A stretch of 64,000 nucleotides of DNA. It comes from Candidatus Bathyarchaeia archaeon. GTDB taxonomy: Archaea > Thermoproteota > Bathyarchaeia > Bathyarchaeales > Bathycorpusculaceae. Shown one piece after another: positions 29,044 through 38,426 of the stretch. Under the pieces are notes generated by a model. The model searched no databases, was not told where the DNA came from, and worked only from the letters and a program-made list of their open reading frames with translations. Each line of letters begins with the position of its first letter. The first letter of the stretch is position 1. The stretch covers positions 1 to 64,000 of the forward strand of contig JBEKKX010000003.1 of the NCBI GenBank assembly GCA_050010515.1, in the 5' to 3' direction. Made by a program: the position numbers and the translations under genes.

Positions 29044-30414
29044 ATGGAGCGATTCGATGTAATCGTTATTGGTTCAGGCTCTGGAATGCTTGTTGCTTCA
29101 GCAGCAGTTGAGCAAGGTTTCAGGACAGCACTGGTTGAGCATGGAAAAATGGGTGGCACATGCATAAACGTAGGCTGCGTTCCCTCCAAAATGCTGATTT
29201 ACCCAACTGATGTTATCGCCGCCATTAAAGATTCAAAGAAACTGGGCGTCCACGCAACCGTGGATTCAGTTGATTTCAACAACATCATAAACAGGATGCA
29301 TACGCTGGTTAACCATGACTCAGGGCATCAGGCACAAGCGGTTGAAGCCACTCCTAACCTTACATGGTTTAAGGAAACAGGAGAGTTCATCTCAGATTAC
29401 ACCATGCAGGTCGGCGCACACACGATTATGGCAGAAATGATTTTTATTGTTTCAGGCGCACGCCCTGGAATACCGCCAATCAAGGGTATAGAAAACATAG
29501 GTTACTTGACAAGTGACACGGTCTTAGAACTACAAACGCCGCCCGAAAGCATACTAATTATTGGTGGAGGCTACGTTGGCATGGAGTACGGGCACTTCTT
29601 TTCAGGCATCGGAACAAAAACCACCATACTCCAAAGACCCTACCGAGTGGTGCCTGAAGAGGAACCAGAAATCTCTGAATTATTAAAGAAGGAAATGCAA
29701 CAGCGAATGGAGATATACACTGGCTTTGAGGTTACCGAAGCAAAACAAGAAGGCCAGCTAAAAAAGCTCATCGCAAAAAACCGCCAAGACGACAGCCAAC
29801 ATGAGTTCTCCGCTGAGTCAGTGATGGTTGCCACAGGCAGAGTATCCAACGCTGACATTTTAAAACCAGAAAAAACAGGAGTAGAACTAGACGAGCGCGG
29901 ATTCATAAAAGTTGACGAGTACCTTGAAACCAGCAAAAAGAACATTTGGGCTTTCGGCGACGCTATTGGCATTCAAATGTTTAAGCATGTGGCCAATTAT
30001 GAGGCAGGTGTAGTTTGGCATAACGCCATTCATGATCATAAGGTTAAAATGGATTTCTCAGCGGTGCCTCACGCAGTTTTTAGTCATCCGCAAGTTGCCT
30101 CCGTCGGCTTAACAGAGGAACAAGCTAAAGAGCAATATCACAACATTCTCGTGGGACAAGCCCCTTACAGTGAAACAGCCATGGGGGCAGCTATGGGGTT
30201 TCCTGAAGGCTTCGTGAAAGTGGTGGTTGAAAGAGAAACAGGCAAAATCCTTGGCGCCCACATAATAGGTCCTGAAGCTTCAATCCTCATTCAAGAAATC
30301 ATAAATGCAATGGTTTCTGAAACGGGTTTTGCGCCCATCGCTCAAGCAATGCATATTCATCCTGCCATGTCAGAGGTGGTACAGAACGCTTTTGGCAACC
30401 TTACACCAGTATAG
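29044..30414 (+). CDS. Pyridine nucleotide-disulfide oxidoreductase (dihydrolipoamide/mycothione reductase-like)
   Basis: GSGSG, GGTCINVGCVPSK, GGGYVG, HIHPAMSE. Confidence 0.92.
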   Translation: MERFDVIVIGSGSGMLVASAAVEQGFRTALVEHGKMGGTCINVGCVPSKMLIYPTDVIAAIKDSKKLGVHATVDSVDFNNIINRMHTLVNHDSGHQAQAVEATPNLTWFKETGEFISDYTMQVGAHTIMAEMIFIVSGARPGIPPIKGIENIGYLTSDTVLELQTPPESILIIGGGYVGMEYGHFFSGIGTKTTILQRPYRVVPEEEPEISELLKKEMQQRMEIYTGFEVTEAKQEGQLKKLIAKNRQDDSQHEFSAESVMVATGRVSNADILKPEKTGVELDERGFIKVDEYLETSKKNIWAFGDAIGIQMFKHVANYEAGVVWHNAIHDHKVKMDFSAVPHAVFSHPQVASVGLTEEQAKEQYHNILVGQAPYSETAMGAAMGFPEGFVKVVVERETGKILGAHIIGPEASILIQEIINAMVSETGFAPIAQAMHIHPAMSEVVQNAFGNLTPV

Positions 30415-30500
30415 CTTTTTGCTAAACCGCCTAAAGTTCAAGTTTTTTGGTCAATGTAAACAGTTATATTTGGCTTAAACCAAAGTTTAGGTGTGAAAAT

Positions 30501-30785
30501 ATGCAGCTCTCAAAGGTTTCTGGTAAAAAAAACAACCATAAGGTTACTTTGTACGCTTTAAGCACTTGCGTTTGGTGCAAATTGACCAAGCAGTTTCTAA
30601 CCGAGAACAGTGTCGAATACGAGTACATCGATGTTGATTTATGCGACGAAGAAGACAAACAGAAAATTCATGAAACAATCCAGAGCAAAGGCGGAAGCCT
30701 TAGTTATCCCACCACGATTGTCGATGATAAAGTTGTGATTACTGGTTTTCGCAAAGACAAGCTCAAAGAGGCACTTGAAATTTGA
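30501..30785 (+). CDS. Glutaredoxin/NrdH-like redoxin
   Basis: LSTCVWC, SYPT, ITGF. Confidence 0.9.
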   Translation: MQLSKVSGKKNNHKVTLYALSTCVWCKLTKQFLTENSVEYEYIDVDLCDEEDKQKIHETIQSKGGSLSYPTTIVDDKVVITGFRKDKLKEALEI

Positions 30786-31342
30786 CCACAATAGAGGAGG
30801 TTCGCAGAAGAGCTGAAGCTGACGCTAAAACATACGGGTACTATCTAACGCCTCAGCCTGAACTTCTACAGGGCTTCCTTGAAGGATTAAAAACAAACGA
30901 AGACCGCTACGGTTACCCTTTATGCCCCTGCAGGCTTACCTCAGGCATATTCGAATATGACCGAGACATAATTTGTCCCTGTGACTATCGAGATCCAGAC
31001 ATCGCCCAATACGGTTCCTGTTACTGCAGACTCTATGTTAACAAACAAGTTTACGAAAGCCAAAGCTTACCTGAGGTTCCCGAGCGAAGACCACTCGAGA
31101 AACAAGCAAGAGCCTATGGAACGCAAGCAGCTGCCGCTAAACAAGCACCCGCGCAAGGAGGGCAAGAAAAACCTCCAGCGAAAGCGGAAAAAGCGCAATC
31201 GGGAGTTAAAAAGAAGTTATGGTATTGCAAACAATGCGGATATGTAGTGTTTAGGGAAGACCCGCCGTATATTTGCCCAATATGCAAGGCTAAAAGGGAA
31301 ATGTTTGTTGAAATTGAGAGCACTGTTGAATTTAATGGTTAA
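30782..31342 (+). CDS. Ferredoxin:thioredoxin reductase catalytic subunit with C-terminal rubredoxin-like domain (FDR type)
   Basis: CPCR, CPC, CYC, and C-terminal CKQC/CPIC. Confidence 0.92.
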   Translation: MTTIEEVRRRAEADAKTYGYYLTPQPELLQGFLEGLKTNEDRYGYPLCPCRLTSGIFEYDRDIICPCDYRDPDIAQYGSCYCRLYVNKQVYESQSLPEVPERRPLEKQARAYGTQAAAAKQAPAQGGQEKPPAKAEKAQSGVKKKLWYCKQCGYVVFREDPPYICPICKAKREMFVEIESTVEFNG

Positions 31343-31344
31343 AT

Positions 31345-31494
31345 TTATTGTTGGATTTCTACCTCGATTTTTTTCCAGTCCTCTTTTATTCCTCGAAGGG
31401 AAGCCACGGCGCCTGTTATTGTTCCGCTTAAGATTTTCTCAACAAATTCGTTTAGAGGTATTTCTTTTCCATCAACTTTTAGTTTCAAACTCAA
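31345..31494 (-). CDS. 49-aa protein resembling the C-terminal domain of archaeal MobB
   Basis: MSLKLKVDGKEIPLNEFVEKILSGTITGAVASLRGIK, with a TTG start after AGGTGA. Confidence 0.65.
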   Translation of the reverse strand: MSLKLKVDGKEIPLNEFVEKILSGTITGAVASLRGIKEDWKKIEVEIQQ

Positions 31495-31592
31495 ACTTGG
31501 GTCACCTAGAATAGGGTTAGTGTGATGTGAGGGGTAAAAAGTTTTGTGCAGACTACAGAGGCTTAGAAGTTGAAAAAAATCAGGAATCCTTT

Positions 31593-32150
31593 TTACATTC
31601 TTGGCGTGCTGGGTTTTACTGTTACTCTGAGTTTAGTTAAGTTCTCTTTTATCTCTGCTTTAACACCCATGGCCGCAAAGTATTCTTCAAGGAATATTCT
31701 TATGAAATCTTTCGAAACTTCCGAGACCAAAACCAATGTGTAGTCGTTTGGAGCATTCTTTGTTAAACGGTAAAAGTTGCAAGCCTCAAGCCTGACCAGC
31801 ATTTCTTCTGCTGAATGCACCTTTGTTTTCAGCTGTTCCCAATGAGCTCGAGCTACTTCCTTATGCTCACTCCAAAACTTTTCCTGTTCAGGAGATGAAG
31901 AGATTAAGCGCAAGAACATCAGCCAATGATCAACATCTATGATGACGTGTTCACCGTTAAGAAGCATATCGCTATAGGCCAGAATTTTTTTCTTGATTGC
32001 TGGGTCTTCGAGAGCCTTGTTTTCGTTGTAGAATTTTAGGGCACGGCGCATGACTTCGCTTTGTGATACTTGTGCTTCGGTGCTTATTTTTTCTAGTAAG
32101 TCAGCTGTTATTTTGTCAAATGCAACGGTTATTCTTGTTGGGTTAACCAT
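31593..32150 (-). CDS. CopG/RHH transcriptional regulator with C-terminal sensor-like domain
   Basis: RITVAFD...SQSEVMRRAL. Confidence 0.8.
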   Translation of the reverse strand: MVNPTRITVAFDKITADLLEKISTEAQVSQSEVMRRALKFYNENKALEDPAIKKKILAYSDMLLNGEHVIIDVDHWLMFLRLISSSPEQEKFWSEHKEVARAHWEQLKTKVHSAEEMLVRLEACNFYRLTKNAPNDYTLVLVSEVSKDFIRIFLEEYFAAMGVKAEIKENLTKLRVTVKPSTPRM

Positions 32151-32361
32151 AACTGCCCACTTTAACTAAATTAACATATTTTCAGATTATTAGAAATTAT
32201 ATAAACATTGCGCAATAACAATCAGATAAATGTTTGCAAATTTGAAGCCTACAACTATATTATTAAACAAATGTTAAAACGATCATCCATCGAAGCAAAC
32301 TTTTATTTCCCCACCAGTCCACTACATTAACGGTCATGCATACTTCTAAGGAGAACGCTAA

Positions 32362-33021
32362 ATGAAAAAACCAGAAATATACCTTGAACCCAAACAGAGA
32401 GCAACAAAAATAATCGAACTGCTTGAAAAACAGTTTCCTAACGCAAAAACAGCCCTAAACTACTCCAACCCATTGGAAATACTCGTAGCAACCATGCTCT
32501 CGGCTCAAACAACTGACGAAAGAGTAAACATAGTAACCCAAAACCTGTTCAAAAAATACCGCACACCTGAAGACTATGCTAACGTTGACATAAAAGAGTT
32601 AGAACAAGATATTCATTCAACAGGCTTCTACCATAACAAAGCCAGAAACCTAAAAAAGTGCTGCCGACTCCTAATCGAAAAATACAATTCCCAAGTACCA
32701 AAAACGATGGATGAAATGCTGGAACTCCCAGGTGTCGCGCGAAAAACCGCTAACATAGTGTTATACAATGCTTACGGAATAATCTCAGGCATAGCAGTGG
32801 ACACTCATGTCCGCAGAGTTTCACAGCGACTTGGGCTTACAGAGCACGATGACCCTGCTAAAATAGAACAAGACCTAATGCAAATTACTCCAAAAGATAA
32901 GTGGATGAAACTCACCGACCTGCTGATTTTCCACGGCAGACAAGTATGCATCGCAAGAAAACCCAAATGCGAAATATGCGTTCTCAACAAGATTTGTCCG
33001 TGCGCTTTTACTTGTGGCTAA
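32362..33021 (+). CDS. nth: Endonuclease III
   Basis: LSAQTTD, LPGVARKTAN, AVDTHV, C-x6-C-x2-C-x5-C Fe-S motif. Confidence 0.96.
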   Translation: MKKPEIYLEPKQRATKIIELLEKQFPNAKTALNYSNPLEILVATMLSAQTTDERVNIVTQNLFKKYRTPEDYANVDIKELEQDIHSTGFYHNKARNLKKCCRLLIEKYNSQVPKTMDEMLELPGVARKTANIVLYNAYGIISGIAVDTHVRRVSQRLGLTEHDDPAKIEQDLMQITPKDKWMKLTDLLIFHGRQVCIARKPKCEICVLNKICPCAFTCG

Positions 33022-33074
33022 AATAAAAAGCGTCATCCATTTATATACCGTAATCTTTTTTCTAGAATTGATGA

Positions 33075-33563
33075 TTGATTTTTATGGTAAGCAAAATTAA
33101 AGTCGGAGACAAAGCACCGGATTTCACTTTGCCAGATGTTGACTTGAAAACCAGAAGCTTAAAGGAGTTTTTGGGGCAAAAAATCGTTTTAGCCTTTTTC
33201 GTTGGCGCTTTCACTTCAACATGCACAAAGGAAATGTGTGAGTTCCGTGATTCCATGGCTCGACTTATCGATTTGAATGCTCAAGTTATCGGATTAAGCG
33301 TAAGCGACCCCTTCTCAAACAAGGGTTTCACAGAAAAAAACAGGCTGCCCTTTCCAATACTAAGTGACTACAAGCGTGAAGTTATCAGAACCTATGGATT
33401 GGAGTTACCAAATTTTGCTGGGCTCAACGGTTACACGGTCGCTAAACGCTCAATTTTCGTCATCGACTCGAAAGGTATAGTACGGTATGTTTGGGTTTCA
33501 GACAATCCAGCAGTGGAACCAAACTATCAGGAAATACAGAACGTTCTTGAACAAATCAAATAG
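33075..33563 (+). CDS. Peroxiredoxin (BCP/PrxQ/AhpE-like)
   Basis: [25 protein letters not shown]. Confidence 0.92.
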   Translation: MIFMVSKIKVGDKAPDFTLPDVDLKTRSLKEFLGQKIVLAFFVGAFTSTCTKEMCEFRDSMARLIDLNAQVIGLSVSDPFSNKGFTEKNRLPFPILSDYKREVIRTYGLELPNFAGLNGYTVAKRSIFVIDSKGIVRYVWVSDNPAVEPNYQEIQNVLEQIK

Positions 33564-33614
33564 ACTCTGGGCTTCTTCTTCATTAGCGCCGTATAGAAGA
33601 ACCGATATAGCCTG

Positions 33615-34040
33615 CTAAGATAAGCGGTGATGCTCAACCATCAAGCACTTATCCATAACAACAATCAAACCAGCACGCCTAGCTGCCTCAGCAGCCGCCT
33701 CATTAACTATTCCAAGCTGCATCCAAACCACGAAAGGCTTACCATAAAACTGTTTTAGCTTGATGGCTTGCTCCACTATCGGCTGCACATCTTTTGAAGG
33801 CCGGAAAATGTCAACTATTTCTATGGTTTTCTGGATTTCGGGCGGAATATCAAGCAGGCTCTTGTAGCTTTTTTCGCCAAGAACCTCGTCCGCGAAGGGA
33901 TTTACTGGTATAATTTGGTAGCCATGTTGTTTTAGATAAGCGCTAACTCTATGGCTGTCTTTCTCCGGCTCTTTGGATAACCCAACAACCGCAATAACTT
34001 TGTATTTTTTTAAGATATCTTTAATTTGATTTTGACCCAA
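33615..34040 (-). CDS. CoA-binding protein (YccU-like)
   Basis: IAVVGLS, IPVNP, VDIFR, WMQLGI, MDKC. Confidence 0.92.
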   Translation of the reverse strand: MGQNQIKDILKKYKVIAVVGLSKEPEKDSHRVSAYLKQHGYQIIPVNPFADEVLGEKSYKSLLDIPPEIQKTIEIVDIFRPSKDVQPIVEQAIKLKQFYGKPFVVWMQLGIVNEAAAEAARRAGLIVVMDKCLMVEHHRLS

Positions 34041-34071
34041 CCGAAACCTCCCATCGTCTAAAAAAAATCGT

Positions 34072-35010
34072 TTATGGCGCTTCGCTTAGTTTTAACTCAA
34101 AAAAGTGTTCCCCTCCATTGCGCAATGCAAGGATTCTAACTACGTCGCCGATCTTTCTCCTTTGAATCTCGTTGACCAAGTCCTCGATTTTATTGGTTTC
34201 TACGTTGCTTATTTCTAGAATGATGTCTCCTTCAGCCATTCCAGCGGCTTCTGCTGGGCTGCCGTCAGCAATTCTGGTCACTAATACTCCGCGGTTCACT
34301 GGTAAACCATAGTAGCGTGAGATTTCCCGTGTTAAAGTTAATCCCACTATGCCGAGCCATGGTCTTTTGACTCCTCCTTCAGTGACAATTTCATCGGTGC
34401 AGCTTTTCGCCGAGTTTATGGGAATCGCAAAACCTATACCTTGCGCGAATGGTATAATAGCAGTGTTTATTGCTATAACTTTGCCTGTCACATCTACAAG
34501 TGGGCCGCCACTGTTTCCTGGATTAATAGAGGCATCGGTTTGAACAAGGTTCTCTATCAAGCCTCTGTCAGAGTCTATTGTCCTATTAATAGCGCTAATT
34601 ACTCCGGATGTTACGCTCGGTCCACCTGCTAAGCCGAAGGGGTTACCAATAGCATAGACCCTTTGCCCCACCCGTATCTTATCTGAGTCGCCAAGTTGGG
34701 CTGCTTGAAGATTTCTTTTATTGCCATTAATTTTAACCACGGCTATGTCATGAATGGCGCATGACCCTACAATTGTACCTTCAAGTACTTCGTTGCTGCC
34801 TAGAGTGACGTTGATTTTTTGTGCGCCACCGACCACGTGGTTGTTTGTTAAAATTAGCCCTTTTGGATCGATTATGGTGCCTGAACCCATGCCGCTAACT
34901 GGCACCGCTTGGTAGAAAATGTTGTGGACAAGTTTTATGGCGCTTATGTTAACTACGCTTTTGGTCACTTTTTCAATAGTATCTAAAAAAGCGTTCTCAT
35001 CGTGAGACAT
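34072..35010 (-). CDS. HtrA/DegP-like serine protease with PDZ domain
   Basis: TNNHV, DIAV, INPGNSGGPL, C-terminal PDZ. Confidence 0.93.
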   Translation of the reverse strand: MSHDENAFLDTIEKVTKSVVNISAIKLVHNIFYQAVPVSGMGSGTIIDPKGLILTNNHVVGGAQKINVTLGSNEVLEGTIVGSCAIHDIAVVKINGNKRNLQAAQLGDSDKIRVGQRVYAIGNPFGLAGGPSVTSGVISAINRTIDSDRGLIENLVQTDASINPGNSGGPLVDVTGKVIAINTAIIPFAQGIGFAIPINSAKSCTDEIVTEGGVKRPWLGIVGLTLTREISRYYGLPVNRGVLVTRIADGSPAEAAGMAEGDIILEISNVETNKIEDLVNEIQRRKIGDVVRILALRNGGEHFFELKLSEAP

Positions 35011-35068
35011 TGATTTTCCTCAAAAATCAGTAAAACTTCGTTTTTAATAAATCTTAATTGCGCTTAAT

Positions 35069-35455
35069 TTAGCGGCAGAAGAGACAGTTTTCCGCCCATT
35101 GCGGAGGCATTTCTTTTTTGCAATATGGACACATTAAGCCTTTTTCTCTGATGGCTGTGCATGTTTGGCAGAAGAGATTGAGTATTTCTGCTTTGTTGTT
35201 TGGTTCTTTTATAAGGAAAGTTACCATTTGATCTATAAGTGCTAAAACTTCAGTCGAGTTTTCTATCATGAGTAAGTTTCCTCTTTCTCTTCCTACGTAT
35301 CTGCTTACTGCAGATTGTGATAGTCCAAGGAGTTCTGCGGTTTGTTTTTCGTTCAATCCATGTTTTTCAACGATTGACCTTGCCATGATAGCTTTTACTG
35401 CAGGCAAAACGGTTTTTACCCCCACTTCGCACGGTAGTATCAAGTTTAACACCAA
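35069..35455 (-). CDS. HTH transcriptional regulator (COG2522-like) with Cys motifs
   Basis: PCE...LPA, TAELLGLSQSAVSRY, CQTC...CPYC. Confidence 0.85.
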   Translation of the reverse strand: MVLNLILPCEVGVKTVLPAVKAIMARSIVEKHGLNEKQTAELLGLSQSAVSRYVGRERGNLLMIENSTEVLALIDQMVTFLIKEPNNKAEILNLFCQTCTAIREKGLMCPYCKKEMPPQWAENCLFCR

Positions 35456-35488
35456 TTACTCTTATTTCTGGGGAAAAGTTATTTAAAT

Positions 35489-35521
35489 ATGACGCTTGTC
35501 ATAGTTTATGACGCGTGTCAT
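35489..35521. promoter_or_regulatory. Tandem palindromic operators ATGAC-N4-GTCAT
   Basis: ATGACGCTTGTCAT at 35489-35502 and ATGACGCGTGTCAT at 35508-35521, next to TTTAAAT and between two divergent regulator genes. Confidence 0.7.
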
Positions 35522-35585
35522 GACTGGCTATCAATCGCAAAAAAGCAGTTTCACTCAATCTCCCACTTCTTCCCCGTTATGACAC

Positions 35586-36557
35586 ATGCCAAGACAGGAG
35601 AAAAAACAAATGGGCAATGTCCTATTACCACCCCGAAAAAGTGAAAACAACCGCGACCTAGTTGGAATGCTTAAGTCACTTGATGCAGAATGCAGAAACT
35701 GCGCTCCGATAACACCCTTAGAATGCATAAGCCGATGCCAAGTATACAAACTAAAAAACGAGCTAAGAAAACTCCGGGAAACCATGGATAACCCGAACTA
35801 CATAAAAGAGCTCTTCAACGTTCTAAAAAACGAGACAAGACTCCATATTCTAAAAGCAATCGTAAACGGTAGATACTCAGTAAGCCAATTACAGCAAGAA
35901 CTAAAAAAAACAGGACACAGCCACAGCCGAGACACCATAAACGAAGAATATTTGCAGCCTTTAATGGCAGTAGGTCTAGCCACCGAAGCACGAGATGAAT
36001 ACTACGCAACCATGTTTGGCGGTCGGCTAACCGAGCTACTAGGATGCTTCCCCGAATTTGCCGAAATGCTTCCAGCCCACTCAGAATGCTATGAAGAAAT
36101 TCTTTTACAATCTTTACTGTCAGGACCGAAAACTTTTGAAGATATTGAAGCACTTATCTCGTCAAAAATCGCTTCGCGAATACTAAAACGCTTACGCTCC
36201 GCAGGTTTGATAGAAACCCCCATTGAAAGGGATTACATATTTTTCTTTAAATCAAAACGAGACCCAAACAGAGAAACCTTCACAATTTCCGAACGAAAAG
36301 TTTACGGTATGATCCCGAATGAAGGAATTTCAGCTGGAAGGCTTGCCAAAGAAACAGAGCTCTCAATCAGAAGAACATACAAGTACCTCAGAAGCTTAAA
36401 AGGCAAAAAACTGGTTTTCATAAGGAAAACTCCAAAAGCTTATGGTTTGACCTGCAAAGGTGAAATGTTAGCGTCAGTACTAAAGGAGCTTCAGCAGATA
36501 GTAGAAGACACATGGAGCTCTTCTGAACAAGTCATGCATAACAACGCTAACTCTTAG
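35586..36557 (+). CDS. Multi-wHTH protein with N-terminal Cys cluster
   Basis: CRNC-x7-C-x3-C, followed by three wHTH-like repeats. Confidence 0.75.
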   Translation: MPRQEKKQMGNVLLPPRKSENNRDLVGMLKSLDAECRNCAPITPLECISRCQVYKLKNELRKLRETMDNPNYIKELFNVLKNETRLHILKAIVNGRYSVSQLQQELKKTGHSHSRDTINEEYLQPLMAVGLATEARDEYYATMFGGRLTELLGCFPEFAEMLPAHSECYEEILLQSLLSGPKTFEDIEALISSKIASRILKRLRSAGLIETPIERDYIFFFKSKRDPNRETFTISERKVYGMIPNEGISAGRLAKETELSIRRTYKYLRSLKGKKLVFIRKTPKAYGLTCKGEMLASVLKELQQIVEDTWSSSEQVMHNNANS

Positions 36558-36583
36558 CAAACAATCTAAGCTTTCTTTTTTGG

Positions 36584-37069
36584 TTATCCTCCACCAGGAG
36601 CTCCGTGAAACGGCACGTTTTCCCACAGCAGTTTCCACCAATCTTCCTCTGTTATGGTTTCTCCGTGAACAATTATCTCTAAAACCATCTTTAGCATAGC
36701 GTGGTGTCTGCATTCGTCAGCTAATATGGAGTTTAAGAGAAACACAACCTTCTTGTTTTCAACGTTAGGTATCATGGCTTCAAGGCGCTTAATTAGCTTA
36801 GATTCTATCTCGATGTGTTTTTCTACGAGTGCTCTTTGCTGATCAAGATGCTCCTGCGTTAATGCTGTAGGAGTACCAGTGAGCAGGGTAACGGCTGATG
36901 AGTAAAGTTCCGCGTGCTTCACAGAATCCAGCGAGACACCCTTCAGGACGCCTTTAACAGCTGGATTCTTCATGCCAACTAACGCTTTTTCAAGGGAAGC
37001 GACTATTTCGTTTTCAATCACTATTTGATTTTTCAAAAATTCAATGAGATTATTCTTTGGTTTTTCCAT
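36584..37069 (-). CDS. Ferritin-like protein
   Basis: E..I, DSVKH, HIEIE, DECRHH. C-terminal PFHGAPGG. Confidence 0.8.
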   Translation of the reverse strand: MEKPKNNLIEFLKNQIVIENEIVASLEKALVGMKNPAVKGVLKGVSLDSVKHAELYSSAVTLLTGTPTALTQEHLDQQRALVEKHIEIESKLIKRLEAMIPNVENKKVVFLLNSILADECRHHAMLKMVLEIIVHGETITEEDWWKLLWENVPFHGAPGGG

Positions 37070-37090
37070 TCTTTTCTCCCTTCATTTATG

Positions 37091-37534
37091 TTAAGTCCTG
37101 TTCATCAAGTTTTCGGAAATTCTTTTTCCTAAATCCTTACAGGCGCTAAGCATTTTTTCGTCAGGAATATACTTCACAAGTAAAGGTGGTTCAACAACTT
37201 GCATCTCAAACTTATTTTTCATAATTTCCAAAATAAGTCTAGGTGCTTCACCGCTCCACCCATAAGAACCAAATGTGGCGCCGACTTTACCCTTCAAACT
37301 TACGCCCTTTACCGCAACTTCCTCAAAAAGCTTCTTGAAATCAATAGGCATCTCATGATGATAAGTAGGTGCCCCAACAACTAAAGCATCAAAGCTACTT
37401 AGTTCTTCAGGTTCAATGTGAAAATTTAATTCGACCCTAATCTTATCGTTGATTTGTGCTCCCTCAGCTACTGCTCTCGCCATTTTTTCAGTATTTCCTG
37501 TCCTGCTGTAATATAAAACAAGAATTTCCTTCAT
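37091..37534 (-). CDS. Flavodoxin-like protein
   Basis: YSRTGNTEKMA, GAPTY, FGSYGWSG. Confidence 0.9.
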   Translation of the reverse strand: MKEILVLYYSRTGNTEKMARAVAEGAQINDKIRVELNFHIEPEELSSFDALVVGAPTYHHEMPIDFKKLFEEVAVKGVSLKGKVGATFGSYGWSGEAPRLILEIMKNKFEMQVVEPPLLVKYIPDEKMLSACKDLGKRISENLMNRT

Positions 37535-37581
37535 AAAACCAAATATAAAATAACCTTATTTCAATATTTGCCTTTCGGTCA

Positions 37582-37895
37582 TTGGTTCTGGAAACTTGGC
37601 GTGGGATTTTTTCTCCATGTTTTGGTGGTTTTTGGGGTGGTTTTTTGGGTGGTTTTTTGGTTTAATTTTTAAGTTGCGATTTTGTGGGCGGTGTAAGTTG
37701 CGACTTTTTGTTTGTGTTTGGTTGTGTGTATTGTTGGTGTGGTGTTGGCGGGTTTTGCATCCACAGTTGTGTCAACAGCTCAACAAGCAACTATGCACTA
37801 CGGCATAGCGTTTCAGTTTTCGAAGGTTTGAAGGTCATGCTTCTTTATCACTTTTTTGGTTCTGGCAACTTGGCGTGGGATTTGTTCTCCATGTT
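37582..37895 (-). repeat. Non-coding element: 40-bp direct repeats enclosing an AAGTTGCGA(C/T)TTT pair (copy 2)
   Basis: 37582-37621 and 37856-37895 are 38/40 identical. Motifs at 37671-37683 and 37695-37707. Confidence 0.7.
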
Positions 37896-38174
37896 AATTT
37901 TCGTGGGATAGGTTGCTGCAACGGTTTCTGTTAACTCGGTGTGAGATTTCGGCTTAGACAGGGTATTTGCGTGTGTGCTCAAGCCTACCTCCTAGTCTAC
38001 TAGATGCTTCTAATATGCCTCAAATATGATTCAACATAGTTCAACATAGAAATAATGCCCGCACTTTCTACATGAAATAGTGCTTTTTCTGCATGTGAAG
38101 AGTTTGGTTTTGTTGGTTGTTGGCAAGGTTTTAGAGCTTTCCCGAGCTAAGTAGTCTTTAAGGCGGAGTACATA

Positions 38175-38330
38175 AGCAAAACTGGTTTTGTTCCCTCCAT
38201 AAAAGAGAGCGAAATCAAGGAAGGCCACATGAAACCGGTGCGTGCCAAGGGCAAGCCTATTTTGCTGGTACGGCAAGGCGGAAGTTTTTTGGAGTATCAA
38301 ACCGTTGCCCCGCATATTGACTGCTCTTCA
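38175..38330 (+). pseudogene. Rieske ferredoxin N-terminal fragment
   Basis: With frameshifts it reads TGFVPSIKESEIKEGHMKPVRAKGKPILLVRQGG/VFGVSNRCP/HIDCS (CxH box). Broken off just before hsdM. Confidence 0.6.
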
Positions 38331-38426
38331 AGAATTGAGATATTTTAATAGTAAGGGATATGGCTTAGTCTTTAAGCTTTTAAGTTAAACTACCTTTAAG
38401 ATATACTGGGTTTGGGTGTACATTTA

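Noticed and set aside
37596-37911. ORFs 37596..37808 and 37684..37911
   Set aside because: G/T-rich repeat-derived sequence giving implausible F/W/G/C-rich translations.
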